64,000 bases of DNA from Squalus acanthias (taxonomy: Eukaryota). The notes beneath the pieces were generated by a model that was not told the DNA's origin, searched no databases, and saw only the letters and a program-made list of their open reading frames with translations. Below, one piece after another: positions 39,511-52,679 of this stretch. The first letter of the stretch is position 1. Every line of letters begins with the position of its first letter. Made by a program: the position numbers and the translations under genes. The stretch is taken from positions 130,512,001 to 130,576,000 of the forward strand of contig CM059431.1 in assembly GCA_030390025.1 (NCBI GenBank), written 5' to 3'.

Positions 39511-42019
39511 AGCATTGACTTATTACTCTCTCCTCTGGTCTATCTGTAACTGTGCATGCCTCTCTCTATCTACCTCCTCATTTGTCTCTGTCTGGGCTCA
39601 TGTATTTGTATGCAAAAAAAAACTTGTTGGTTTATAGCGCATGTCGGAACAGCTGGTTTGTGATCGTACAGGTGCCACAAATCTGAATTTAATTACAAAA
39701 GTGCTTTAGTGAAGTATCTCAGGCATTCTTCAACTGATTCCTTCATGAGTTACATCATTATCTCAAGTAATCACTTGTGCACAATAAAATGCTATTTTTT
39801 AAGAAATGTTTTTACCAACAGCTTTGGCTTTGTTTATAAGGTTTGGATCATACCTCTAAAAACTGATGTATGAAGTTGGTTCATTAATTCATTTGATCTT
39901 TATTAGTAAACCAGTATATAAGCTGTAAAGTTTATTTACAATGATACCTATACACCCTGAAATATGAGTGCTTATTGCATTCATCAGAAAATCCTCCCTC
40001 CACTATTTTAGTGGAGAGGAATTTCAGATAAGTATTTATATACTAGTGTATAACATCATAAGTTAAGGTATATAATTTTATATATAATGAAAAAAGATTT
40101 TAGTTGTGACATTACAATTACTGAGAAGGGAAGCAACAATACCCCAAACTGCAGCTAGTTTAAAGACACACTGCAGAAAAGAGCTCTAGAATTCTTATTA
40201 CAAGCAAAGCATGTGGGTATATCAGAAACTTCTACAAGTCATGGAGCTATTACTTGCAGGTTTTGCTTACTTCATGGCTGGTTGCACAAACTTTTCATTC
40301 ATTATAACTCTTAACTGGAAATTTAACTATTTCAAAGCTTTCTGCTATTCCTACAATCAGATTCATGTTTCATGAATATTACCCCATGGAAATCACTGCC
40401 AGCCAACATTTTGATTGTCAGGTGTTTAAATCTACAAAAAAATAATGCAAAGTAATATTTCAAGAAGGAGAATGTATCAATTCAGTCATTGAATACTTGA
40501 TTTTAGCAGGTCATTCAGTCAGAATATCAGTATACATGTAAGCTGTATAAATGATCCTCCATTCTAGGCAGACTCATTGCAAACTAGAAGATTGGATTTA
40601 TTTGCCTGTGCAAGAATACAATAAATCAGCTTAGAAATATAAGTGCAAGTCAGCTGTACCAAGCCATTAAATATCAGTTATTTTGCAAAGGCAAAGTAAT
40701 TGAGTTACAATGTTTGTTTTGCAGAGTATTAACGTCCAGCTATGTAGATAGATAAATCTATACAACTTTAGCATGACTGACCATGAATTTCAGTTCACAG
40801 TTATATCCATAATCTATTTTATTTTGTTATATCTATTTTATTACCTTCATTGCTGTTGATAGATTTAACCTTTTTTATTACCTCACTGCTAAAGTGCCAT
40901 AAATAAATTCACCTGAACCCTGTCTTTACCTCCAAATGTTGAAATATGATGTAATGTAATGGGAACATCCAAGAGTTATTCGCACACACACATTTTATCA
41001 ACACTGTCACTTTCAGGAGCTTGGCCACACGTTGTGCTGATGAAATAAATGTTTTAAGTCAGGATTTATTTCAGGAAGTCAAAGAAATGCTATCAGTTGT
41101 CATAAATCATGAGTGGGTTAAGCGACTGTTAAATTTTCTTTGCACCATACAGCACACAACATTCACATTTATTAGATTATTTTATGGGAGATTAATGTCA
41201 TGGATGGAGATATATAGGCTAGTGAAATAATTCAAAGACTCGCTTTGTAGTTCTAAGAGGTTGAAGCCAAAGGGAAGGTTGATATTCAAATAACAAGAAT
41301 AGAATTCATGACACTTTTTGTAAGTTCTCTGGTGAGCCATGAGGTGGAAAGTTACTTTTCCCCCTTAGGAGGGCACGCCTTTCTCTCTTTTACAGAAAAA
41401 TCACATTCCAATAATTTTACACTGCATTGTGCACTGCTTTACAACTAAGCCATGAACCAGTGTCAGCATTAGAAGATCCAAAGCAAGGCACAGCCTGGTC
41501 TCCTGGCTGCTCTTGTTGTTGACAAGTTAAATAGTGGTGAGCCACTGTGAAAGGACAGGGAAAATAACAAAAAAAGAATTGAATGGTGCTAAATGACAAC
41601 TTCTTTCTTCCTTGCCTGCATCCCACTTCTTCCACTGCTTTTTATACCCAGCAGATTGTGCTTTGGATTTTTCTGTAACAAAGACCCCTCTTGTGTGTAC
41701 AGGTCGTAAAATTGACCAGCTAGATGCAATGGGGGGTCACCACTCCAATCCCACCGGATGCGAGTACCTCGCTGGATGTCAACCCAGTATACAGAGCCCA
41801 GGGCTGTGAAATTTGGCACTTTAGCTCCAGCAATTAAGGCGGGTTTCGGGAAAAAAATGGCAGCTGCCTCGCTTCCGCCCACTTCGAGCGCAGCCCGTGC
41901 TGATTGCCATCTTGGTGAGGGCGATAGCGCGGGCGGACATCCGTGAGCTGGCAGTATGCAGAGTAGGCAGATCGTGACGTCAGTCAGCGTGTACTGTTGA
42001 TTTGATGGAGGAGCGCACA

Positions 42020-42660
42020 CATGGCTTTGCCAATATATCTGGCTACCCATAGTGCAGGGCGCCATCGACAGCACACACATGGCTTTGCGGGCGCCGCACA
42101 TCAATGCTGAGATGTACCATAACCACAAAGGCTTCCACTCACTTAATGTGCAGTTGGTGTGCTACCATGCCAAGCACATTGTAATAGTGAATGCCCACTC
42201 TCCTGGCAGCAGTCATGATGCCTTCATCCTGCGCCAGTCTGCTGTGCCAGCAATCTTCTAGCCACCACATCGACCCCAAGGGTGGCTGCATGGAGACAAG
42301 GGCTATCCACTCTGCACCAGGCTGATGAGTCACCTCCGCAACCCCACCACGCGTGGCCAGCAATTATATAGTGACAACCATGCTGCCATGAGCAACCTCA
42401 TCGAGCAGACCATCGGGGTGCTCAAGCAACGGTTCCACTTCCTTGACCGCTTGGGAGCAGCTCTCCAGTATTCACCAGAGCAGGTGTCCCAATTTGTGGT
42501 GGTCTGTGCATCCTCCACAACTTGGCCATCATGAAGTCGACGCCCTTGCCACCACGGGTTCCGCGACCACCTCAGGAGGAGGAAGAAGAGGAGGAGGAAG
42601 GGAGAAGGCAGCCTGCAAATCCCCATTCCAGACGGGCTGTTCGTAAGGGCATCATCAGAC
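42020..42660 (+). pseudogene. Harbinger/HARBI1-like DDE transposase, N-terminally deleted
   Basis: VQGAIDSTH, KGFHSLNVQLVC, PGSSHDAFIL, WLHGDKGYP, IEQTIGVLKQRF; in-frame stop at about 42260. Confidence 0.9.
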
Positions 42661-42844
42661 TCTGCTTCCCCTGAATTAAACCCCAGATCCCCGTTGCTCA
42701 GCATTTCCCCACCTTACCATCCCTCTATCACGGAGCATCACAGCCTCCTCTTGGCTGCAATGCTGAAATGAAAGCCACCACAAAACAAACATTCCAAACA
42801 TAATTTATAAATGACTAATTCCAATATTACATTACAAAGTCAAC

Positions 42845-44770
42845 TAATCACCCTTGTGCATTCCGGTAGTGTCTGTCTTTCGTGTGCCTTTGCCTAATCT
42901 AGTGCTCCTATGAAGAGCTACCCCAGTGGCTGCAGCATGACTGGTGCAGACTGCACCCCCTTGGCATGGGCAGCAGCAGTCTGGGCTGGCTGACAGGCAA
43001 CTGCACTGGCACTGGTGGAGTGGCAGTGGTGGAAGTACGAGTGCTGTCATCCTGAGAGAAGACAGCAGGTTCTTGCTCTACAGAGCCACTGCCACTCCCC
43101 CGGGGTGGCGCCTCAGCATTGCTAGCCATCAATTCAGGACAGATTGCTGGATTACTGTGAGACCCTGTAAGCCCCTTTCCACACTTGTAAACCCAGCCAC
43201 CTGGCAGCAGTCTGATCTTGCGTGGCAGCAAGCAGAGCCTGCATGACAGAAGTCTGAGCTTCCACTGCAGCACTCAGACGTTGAGTCGCTTCTGATTGTG
43301 CTGCAATGGAAGCTGTGACATCGCCCATCAGACCCTGCATCATGGTTGGATCCACAAGTGTTCTAATGGAGTTGCCCATCACTTCTATCCTGGAAATCAT
43401 GGGACTCCTCCATGCTCCTTGACAGTGACAAGAGGCTCTCTGGCAGGCCTGCCATTGCACCAAGCATTTCTGTGTGCATGCCCATCACCCTTCTTCTGAA
43501 GGCTGCCCCATCGAAGTCCTCATCTGAGCGCTCTGCAGCAGAACTCATGTGCAACCTCACCCTCCGGAGAGCTGGCACCTGAGCTACCCTTTCCCACTGG
43601 CCTCGCTGCAGCCTACGCATGCCCGGTGACTCACCACGTGCAGATCCTGCCTCTATACTACTCTCTAAAGTTCGTGCAGTGCTACTTTCTGAGCTGGTGC
43701 CTGAGAGTGTCAGATTGAGTGACAGTGTCTCTTCTTCTCCATCACTTCTCCTCTACTTCTTCCTGCACAAAAATGAGAAGTCGCACAACACCAGGTACAA
43801 GTACGAAGAAGGAGCACCGCTCCGAAAGCTCGTAATTTTAAATAAAACTGTTGGACTATAACCTGGTGTTGTGCGACTTTTTCATTTTTGTCCACCCCAG
43901 TCCAACACCGGCATCTCCGCATCATCTTCCTGCACAGGTTGGGCTGGTGGCAGTTCTTTGGTATCTGAAAAGAGAAAGGCACAAGGGTCAGGTTATGGTT
44001 GGGGTGGGTGGGTGGGGAAGCAAGATGTGCATGCTTACACCATCAGCAGCTTGTAAGCGAGAAGAGATTGTGGGATGAAGGGGAAGTGGAATGTAAGAAG
44101 AACAATTAGGTATGAGCACGATATCATCATCGATGCTTTCAGCCTCGCCGATCACCACAGCCTCAGTGACGGCCCCTCCAATTATCTCCAGCACTGTCTC
44201 CTTTAGCTGTGGCAATTTCTGCAGCCATGATTGCCGCCAGCCTGTTTGCTCTGCTCGCGCCGGTTAGGAGCCACCTTAGCCTGCAAGGGAAAGGGAAGTG
44301 TGTCAGTGAGTGTGATGCAATGTGTTTGGGTTATATGTCTGTCATGGCTAAATAGCTGGCAATTTTGTGCTGGGTGTGAGATGTGGGTGTGAGGCTTGCA
44401 ACAGTGGTAAGTGTGTGAAGGTGAGGTGAAGCTATGATTGTGAGGTATCAGTCATGATTGGTAGAGATTGTTGGTAGGTGAGTGACAGGGGTGTGGTGCA
44501 TTGAGCAGTGTGTGAGGCTAGTGGTGCAGTAGGTGGGATATGACATTTGAAGATGCATTTGTTCACTTTGACCACTCGTATGAGGTCATTAAACTTCTTC
44601 CGGCACTGGATCCATGTCCTAGGAGAGAGTCTGGTGGCACTGACCACTTCAGCGATCTCTTCCCACTGCCTTCTAACATTGTGTCTGGAAAGCCTCCTGG
44701 CCCCTGTGGGTAGAGGACCTGTCTCCTCCTGTACATCCATTGCACCAAGGCCTCCAGTGCTGCCCTGTTG
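42845..44770 (-). pseudogene. Spliced Myb/SANT-like accessory gene of Harbinger
   Basis: QWEEIAEVVSA..RTWIQCRKKFNDLIRVVK|GT; acceptors at about 44282 and 43967; coiled-coil-like later exon. Confidence 0.75.
43770..43924 (+). mobile_element. Very short Penelope-like insertion (same family as 786-1385)
   Basis: TSD TCTTCCTGCACA (43758-43769 / 43925-43936); ~31-bp inverted repeat; hammerhead remnant GAAGAAGGAGCACCGCTCCGAAAGCTC lacking the first CT. Confidence 0.85.
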
Positions 44771-45276
44771 AGACACTGCTAACTTCCAGCTCCACTCAGA
44801 ATGAGGTGCTTCTTTCACAAAGCACCTCCCCTTTAAGAAGTGCAGACAGCCTTTCACTCTGTGGGAAACCTTTAAATACCGAGCAGACTTCCCATGATAT
44901 TGGGCCCCCTGTTGAGTGCTGAGCCAATCAGCAGTGCGTTTAGCGCTGGATGCAGCGCTGCAATCATGTTAACAATCAGGCGTCGCGATCTGCCCGCTCC
45001 CGTTTTCAGGCCTTATCCACTTTAGCCCCCCGGAACACTTGGCTCCACTCGCCTGGGTATGGCTCAAACTCATAAGCTTCCAACTCAGAGGCAGGAATGC
45101 TACCACTGAGCTCACTCCAGTTAAATAGCATAATCAAATTAAATTGTTTAAAATACTACTTACCTTACCAGTGACTGATGTGAATAATGTATCAATTGGC
45201 ATAAATAAGTTCTACGTCTCCAGTGTAATTAATTGCAACCTCTCTATTTTACTATGAATTTTGATTGTCAGATAAT

Positions 45277-46012
45277 TACATAGTATATACAGCACAGAAA
45301 CAGGCCATTGAACCCAACTAGGCTGTGATGGTGTTTTTACTCCACACAAGTCTCCTCCCATTCCATCTACCTCATTTCAGCCTTTCAGCATATCTTTCTA
45401 TTCCCTTTTCTCTCATGTACTAGTCTAGTTTCCTTTTGAAAGCATCTAAGCTATTTACCTTAACCACTTCCTGTGGTAGCAAGTTCCACATTCTAACCAC
45501 TCTCTGAGTAAAGATATTTCTCCTTATTTCCCTATTGGTTTTATTAGTAACTATCTTGTATTTATGGCCCCTAGTTTTGGATTCTCACACAAGTGGAAAT
45601 ATTCTCTCCACATCTATCCTGTCCAGCCCATTCATAATTTTAAAGACCTCTAGCAGTTCACCTCTAAGTCTTCTCTTTTCAAAAGAAAAAAGCCCCAACC
45701 TGTCAATCTTTCCCGATAGCTGTAATCTCTCAGTTCTGGTACAATCCTTGTAAATCTTTTTTGCACTTTCTCCAGTGCGTCAATGTCCTTTTTATAGTAT
45801 GGAGACCGGAACTGTGCCCAGTATCAAGTGCAGCCTGACCAGGGTCCTATACAAGTTTAACATAACTTCACTACTTTTGAATTCTACACCCCTAGAAATA
45901 AATCCCAGTGCTTTGTTAGCATTTTTAATTGATTTGTTGACCTGTGATGCTGCTTTTAATGATTTGTTCACCTGTATCCCTAGATCCCTTTGCTTTTCTA
46001 CCCCATTCAGTT
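45277..46012 (-). mobile_element. CR1 3' fragment
   Basis: QRDLGIQVNKSLKAASQV..ISRGVEFKS; CR1 3' UTR at 45277-45340. Confidence 0.85.
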
Positions 46013-46660
46013 TCATCGAATCATAGAAGTTTACGGCACAGAAGGAGACCATTCAGCCCATCGTGTCCGTGCCAGTCAAAAAAGAGCTATCCAGTCTAAT
46101 CCTACTTTCCAGCTCTTGGTCCGCATCCTTGCAGGTTACGGCACTTCAAGTGCATATCCAAGTACTTTTTAAATGTGATGAGGGTTTCTGCCTCTACCAC
46201 CCTTTTAGGCAGTGAGTTCCAGACTCCCCACCACCATCTGGGTGAAAAAAATTCTCCTCAACTCCCCTCTTATCCTTCTACCAATTACTTTAAATCTGTG
46301 CACCCTGAATATTGACCTCTCTGCTAAGGGAAATAGGTTCTTCCTATCCACTCTATATAGACCCTTCATAATCTTATACACAATTAAATCTCTCCTCAGC
46401 CTCGTCTGTTCCAAAGCAAACAGCCCCAACCTGTCCAATCTGTCCTCATAGCTAAAATTCTCCAATCCTGGCAACATCCTCGCAAATCTCATTGGTACCC
46501 TCTCTAGTGCATTCATATCTTTCCTGTAATGTGGTGACCAGAACTGTACACAGTACTCTTGCTGTGGCCTAACTAGTGCTTTATATAGTTCAAGCATAAC
46601 CTCCCTGCTCTTATATTCTGTGCCTTGGCTAATAAAGGAAAGTATCCCATATGCTGTCTT
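46013..46660 (-). mobile_element. CR1 3' fragment (subfamily of 53415-54105)
   Basis: [41 protein letters not shown] tail. Confidence 0.9.
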
Positions 46661-47712
46661 ATGGCAGAAATATTAAACAATTATTTTGCTTCAGTATTTA
46701 CCAGGGAGATAGAACAGATGAACATGACATTGGATGATGAGATTAGTAATGAGATAAGTGCATTTAAAATTTAAAAAGGGGATATATTAAATAAATTAAT
46801 CAAACTCAAAGAGAATAAAACCCCTGGTCCAGATGGATTGCATCCAAGCATTTTAAAAGAATCTAGGGAAGAGATAGCAGAGGCATTACTGTGCATATTT
46901 AATAATTCGTTAGAAAAAGGTGTAGTGCTAGAGGACTGGCGGATAGCTAACGTAATACCGATATCTAAGAAAGGGGATAGAACATGTCCAGGGAATTATA
47001 GACCAGTCAGCTTAACATCGGTGGTAGGAAAAATAATGGATTCCCTACTAAAGGGGAAAATAGAAGAACATCTAGAAACCAAAAATATAATAATGAATAG
47101 TCAACATGGATTTCAAAAGGGAAAATCTTGCTTGACCAAACTTATTGAACTTTTTGAAGAGGTAACAGAGAGAGTAGACAATGGTAATGCAGTAGATGTA
47201 ATTTATCTGGATTTTCAAAGGCCTTCGATAAGGTACTCCATAATAGACTGATGAACAAGGTCAGAGAATGCAGAGTCGGGACAAGTAGCAGAATGGATTG
47301 CTGGCTGGCTTCAGGACAGAAAGCAGAGAGTAGGAGTAAAGGGTAGCTATTCACAGTGGCAGACGGTGGGTAGTGGTGTTCCACAAGGACCAGTGCTGGA
47401 ACCACTGCTGTTCACAATTTACATTAACAATTTAGACTTAGGAATCAAAAGCACAATTTCTAAATTTGCAGATGACACCAAATGGGGGGGGATAGTCAAT
47501 ACTGAGGAGGACTGCAACAAGTTACAGGAGGACTTTAATAAACTTGCAGAATGGGCATATAATTGGCAAATGAAGTTCAACACAGATAAATGTGAGGTAT
47601 TACATGGAGGGTGCGAGTCTAGGTGGGGTAGAGGAACAAAGGGATCTAGGAGTACAAATACACAAATCACCACAAGTTGCAACACAGGTTAGCAAGGCCA
47701 TAAAAAAAGCAA
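46661..47712 (+). mobile_element. CR1 RT internal fragment
   Basis: YFASVFT, PGPDGLHP, GNYRPVSLTS, GVPQGPVL, FADDTK. Confidence 0.9.
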
Positions 47713-49128
47713 GTGACCACAACCCCAATTCCCCTATCAACGTTTGTCCCGCACCTTACCTTCCATCTGTTACTGACCATCATAACGTCCTCTTGGCCAC
47801 AATGCTGAAATAAAAGCAAACATTTCAATCCACCTATCCATCCAATGTGACATCAAGAAATCAACTCATCACCCATATGCATTCTCTTAGTGACTGTCTT
47901 GTGTGTGTCTTTGCCTTTTCTACTGATATAACGCAGTGTTACCCCAGTGGCTGCAGCATGGCTGGTGGAAGGCTGCTGACTTTCAGTGGGGGACACTGCA
48001 AGTGTCCTTGCTGATTGACCTTGAGGAGCTGCTGGCTGGGAGTGTCAAATCAATCTTCTTCTTCTTCGTCTTCTTCACTCTCCTCTCTCTCTTCTTGGTC
48101 ACCCACTGGTTGGGCAAGATGCATTTCTTGGGTGTGTGAAATGAGGAAGGCACAAAGTTGGAGTCGTGGTGATGGGAGGATGAGAAAGCATGAGGTGCGT
48201 GCCAGAAGGAGGATAATGTATCAGGATACCAGCATCTTGTATCCTTTCAGCCCCGCTGCTGGCCAAGGGCTCAGCCATGCTTCTGCCAAGAATGGCCTGC
48301 ATCGTCTCCTCCAAGGAGGTGAGGTGAGGCTAGGAATGGCAGATATGCCTCGTGATTGATGCAGATTGTTGGTAAGTGAGTGATTGGAGGTGGGGGTCGT
48401 GCATGGAGCAGTGTGTGAGGCTAGTGGTGCAGTTGTTATGAGACGGCTTTTGAAGATGCATTCACTGACCTTGACCAGTGGTCTGAGGTCATGAAGCTTC
48501 TTTGGGTACTGGAGCCAGGTGATGGGGGTGACACTGCTGGCAATGACGGCCTCGGTGATGTACTCCCACATTGTTCTTTCTGGAGGGCGTCCGGGCCCCT
48601 GTGGGTAGAGTGCCTATCTTGCAGTGTTGACCCCCTGCACAAAGCTGGAGTACAGTGTGCAAGACCCTAGGTGCTCCTTTCCTGGCTTGCTGAGCCATTT
48701 GTGTTAGTGCTTAGGCATTTTCCCATTTTTTGAGGTTAGGAAGGGAATTCAGCTTTAAGAGCTGAATATTCACATTTGGGACTTTTTAATGTTAAATATG
48801 TTTTTAAAAGGCAGAAAGGGCTGAAAACTGCATTCACTTCATTTGAATTTTTATTGCTTCAGTGTGCATGGCCCCTTTAATTCTCAGGCCTCTTCATTGC
48901 CCACAATTCCTTGCGAGCTCCACAGCCTCGCTTCCAGAACGCCACACCTGCACACGAACTTCAGGTCAGATGCCTCCAGTAACGCCACCAGGACGGCGTT
49001 GCATGGCGGGTAAGCGCTGCCCCCTGATGAATTTTGTTCCATGTCCGTTGCGGCCATTTTCAGCGGCCGTTAACTCCAGTTGCCGGTGACACCGGCAACT
49101 TTACTGGCTAACACGAATTTCTCCCCCT
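47713..49128 (-). mobile_element. Harbinger Myb/SANT remnant
   Basis: MAQQARKGAPR..WEYITEAVIA..TWLQYPKKLHDL; similar to 42700-44700; right end GAATTTCTCCCC. Confidence 0.7.
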
Positions 49129-49129
49129 T

Positions 49130-49413
49130 GGTTTCTCCGACTCTGGCCTCGAGTGCATGCCGTCTCATTACAACCCACTATTTTCAGCTGTACTTTCAGC
49201 CGCCTTGGCCCAATCTTCTGGAATTCCCTCCCTAAACACCTCCTCCCTCTCCTCCTTTAAGACCCTCCTTAAAACCTAATATTTGACAAAGCTTTTGTTC
49301 ACCCTTCCTAATACTTCCTTCTTTGGCTCGCCATCAATTTTTTTTGATTATGTTTCTGTGAAGTGCTTTGGGATGTTTTTTTGCAATATAAATTCAAATT
49401 TTTGTTGTTGTTG
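49130..49413 (+). mobile_element. L2 LINE 3' end
   Basis: FWNSLP..SFKTLLKT and TGTGAAGTGCTTTGGGATG..ATATAAAT..(TTG)n tail. Confidence 0.75.
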
Positions 49414-50680
49414 TCATGAAACTGGTCTGAAGATCTGGCTCCAGAGATAGAACTTTTATAATGTGCCAAGGTAGGTACATCTTGGACTATACACATGTGT
49501 AGTTGCATTATAACTACCTAAAATATAAACACACACCCCTTTCACATCACCTCTGATCCCCTCTTCCTCACCCAGGACTACCAAACACAGTGCTACAGTG
49601 AGAGTGAATTATTCAACGGTTTGACCTCCATTAAATTCACCAAATTTTGATTTGTGTTTGGTTCTATCCTACAGCATGCCTCTGGCAAGAATGCTGGCAG
49701 TATGGCATTTAATGGCATTGGGTTAACATCGTACCCAAGGGATTGAACTTGGAATCTTCCCAGTTTATATGCTACAGCGGCTCACTGAATGAGCTCCCTT
49801 GATAGAATTTTAAAATATATGTGGTTCCAAACAACAAAAATAAAATAAACTTTTTCGATATTAAAAATGATTTTGTCACAAGAAATTGACTAGTTTAAGT
49901 GTATGACAACTTCTCACTGCTTATTATTGCCCCATGGCTAAAAAGAAATTAAATTTTCTAAAACTTGGGAATTAAAATATTGGTATCATTTTGGGATGTT
50001 ATTTGTCAAACACATTTATTTGGGTAATAATAAATACTAATGAGATTAGTACATAAAAATCCACATGAACACTAGGTGCCGTAGAGAACTTAGACCAAAG
50101 GATAGAAATTTCTGTTGGTGATAATAGCAAATGAACACTTAATGACAATCTTCTATTTGCCATTATATTGAAGGTCTTAATATGCTTACAATAATGCTTG
50201 CATTAAATAGCAGAAAGAGGAAGGTTATACCAATATGTTAAGTGTTCATCTCCAAATACACCAACGGTAATTTCTAGCATTAAATGTTCATCACTACAAT
50301 CTGATTGCAGTTATCACACACTCCTATAGCCTGTCATCTAATTCAGAGGATCTTCAATGGAAGTCGCAGGTCTTGTACTGCAGTGGTTTAGTAAGAGCGA
50401 TGGTACAGCTGTACAACTTCCAGAGTCTCTCTTTGCAGGTATTTTAGGCTGAACTCCCCTGGCTTTATATAGTCTAGGATAGAAATTCCCATTTATATTC
50501 AATCAGGTGCCTGCAATTATCGCCAGCCATTTCTTTGCGGATTCTCCTGCTCTGCCGCCATATTTTCGGCTAAATCCTGTTTACACATGTTCGGAGTGGA
50601 AGAAGCCCCGAGGAAATTCATCCCCTATATTACTTAATAAATAACATTGATGAACTTTACCTGCATGACTTATAAGTAAT

Positions 50681-52263
50681 GGCCCAGATTTTGCTGTACT
50701 AATAAAGGCAAGGCTATCAGCGCTCGCTGTTATTACTGGATAAATCTGACAGCAACTTCTGGCATCTGCATATGTGCAGTTAAACGCAGAAATCTGGAAG
50801 TTGCTGTCAGTAATACCCAGCTTCTCCACAGGCTGCGCTGTTGCAGTCTTCGCCGATGAAATCTGCACAAAAATCAATGTTATGGCGTGAACTTGGGCCC
50901 ATTATTCGCGCTCTAAAGACAGATGGAAAAGCTAGAGCTTGTAGAATCAGGAGTAACTGAGTTTTTAACAGCGTATTACATGATATATACTGCTGAACAA
51001 CCTCTCTGGCCCTGAACATTTAATTTTACATGTGTGAAGTCTCATTCCCTCAGAAGAAAATTAATGTTGCAGAAAAATTAAATTTTTAAAAAGTTTTTCT
51101 GTTTGTCTATTTAATGTTCCTCACTTAATCTCATGAGTATGTCCCAATCTTTATTTTGCTTCCTGTACAATGCTTTAAATGTCATTTATATTACCTGTTT
51201 CTTTACTTCCTGGCTTACTGTCGCATGTCTCTGTGAGGATTCATCAATCTGATTGGTTGAGAAACCTCCATGCTACTTGTCCTGCTCACAGATGCCATAG
51301 ATCCCCTGTAGAGGATGCCAAATTCAAACAGACACCAGGGGCTGGATTTTGTCAATGGGAAACTTTTGGAGGCGGGACTGCTGCTTGCCGGCTTTCAATC
51401 CCGCCTCCATCAGCTGCTGGCCAACCAGCGGGATTTTCCCCTGATTGACCTTGTTAAGCCCATCCAGCGGGCTCAGCAGGCCAATTAGGGGGAAGTCACT
51501 GACAGAGCACGTCAATGTCTGACGTGCCATCTGTCAAGATTTCTTGAAAGAAGAAATGTCAGCGTTTGACAGCTCTGTGAAGCTGTCAAACACAGACATT
51601 CTGTATAGTTTGATGAGTCCTTGTGTTCAGGACTCATCAAACCTTTCAACTTTGCAGAAATCACCTGGCTGTTGGTTCGGAGGATCCAACAGCCAGTCTG
51701 TGAAATCTACAATGAAGATGTCGGGACTCCGGATCCACAGCGGCTGAAGGCTGTAGGCAGAAACAAAGGTAAGTAAACATTTTATAACACTTAACACTCA
51801 CCTTACATACTTACCACTCCACACTTGCACCCATCACTCACCTCTACATCTCACTTTCAGACCCCTCCAAACCCCCGCAGACCTCCTTCTCGTCTCCTGC
51901 ACCCTGGCGGGGTTCTCCGAGGTCGGGAAGCCTGCACTTCGGAGCTAAAAATAGGGATAATCCTTTTTTATGCATGTTAACTACCTGTTAACAGGCAGTT
52001 AATAGGATTGAATCCCTTTCCCACCTCGAGGAGACAGGACACGGGGCAGGACGGCTTCCTGCCCCCTGGCAAAAGGGCACGGAGGCGGGTTGGGGACGGG
52101 TTTGCCAGACGACCCCAAATCCTGCAACTTTACCGGCAGTCCCGCCTCCATACCCGCCCCCTCGGGGCTGATAAAATCCAGCCCCAGATGATTGGAAGTC
52201 TCTGCTGACAAGTCCGCTAAAAGTCTGTGGGCAACCTTTGCCGCTCACAGTAAAATCCGGGCC
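50681..52263. mobile_element. MITE (13893 family) hosting a nested element
   Basis: TIRs GGCCCAGATTTTGCTG / CAGTAAAATCCGGGCC. Confidence 0.7.
51339..52184. mobile_element. Nested Harbinger-like non-autonomous element
   Basis: TIRs GGGCTGGATTTTGTC / GATAAAATCCAGCCC (14/15); TSD CAG. Confidence 0.82.
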
Positions 52264-52679
52264 ATTATAATTCTCAAACAATGGAACTTGTAGCTTGAAG
52301 AAATCTCCTAATTTCACCCAGAATCTTTGTCAATTTCTATCAGAACCCTCCTGTGTCATTTCAGAACTTAAATAACTAAACAGTTATTATCAAAACAGAT
52401 ATACATATTTTATGCAACCACATTAAATACATTTGGCCAGAATTTACTATAAAAATAACGGTGAGGCTAATGGCGCTCACCGTTATTTATGCGCAAATCG
52501 GACAGCATCTTCAGGCGAGCGCAGATTGGCAGTTAAACACGAAAATCCGGAAGTTGCTGTCGGGGATGCAGCGCTCCTCTGTAAGCTGTGCGAAAACAGC
52601 ATCTATTATTCTTCGCCTATACTTCGCTTTTGTCCTCGTCCATGAGTATTAGGCAACTGTTGCTTTGTGCATGTAACTG

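Larger units (their letters stand above)
41801..45030. mobile_element. PIF/Harbinger transposon with convergent transposase and Myb/SANT genes (decayed)
   Basis: Plus-strand DDE transposase and minus-strand multi-exon Myb gene; GGGCTG.. / ..TAGCCC ends (approximate). Confidence 0.85.

Noticed and set aside
42020..42660. Domesticated HARBI1 host gene
   Set aside because: Internal stop, frameshift, missing N-terminus and transposon context with a partner Myb gene
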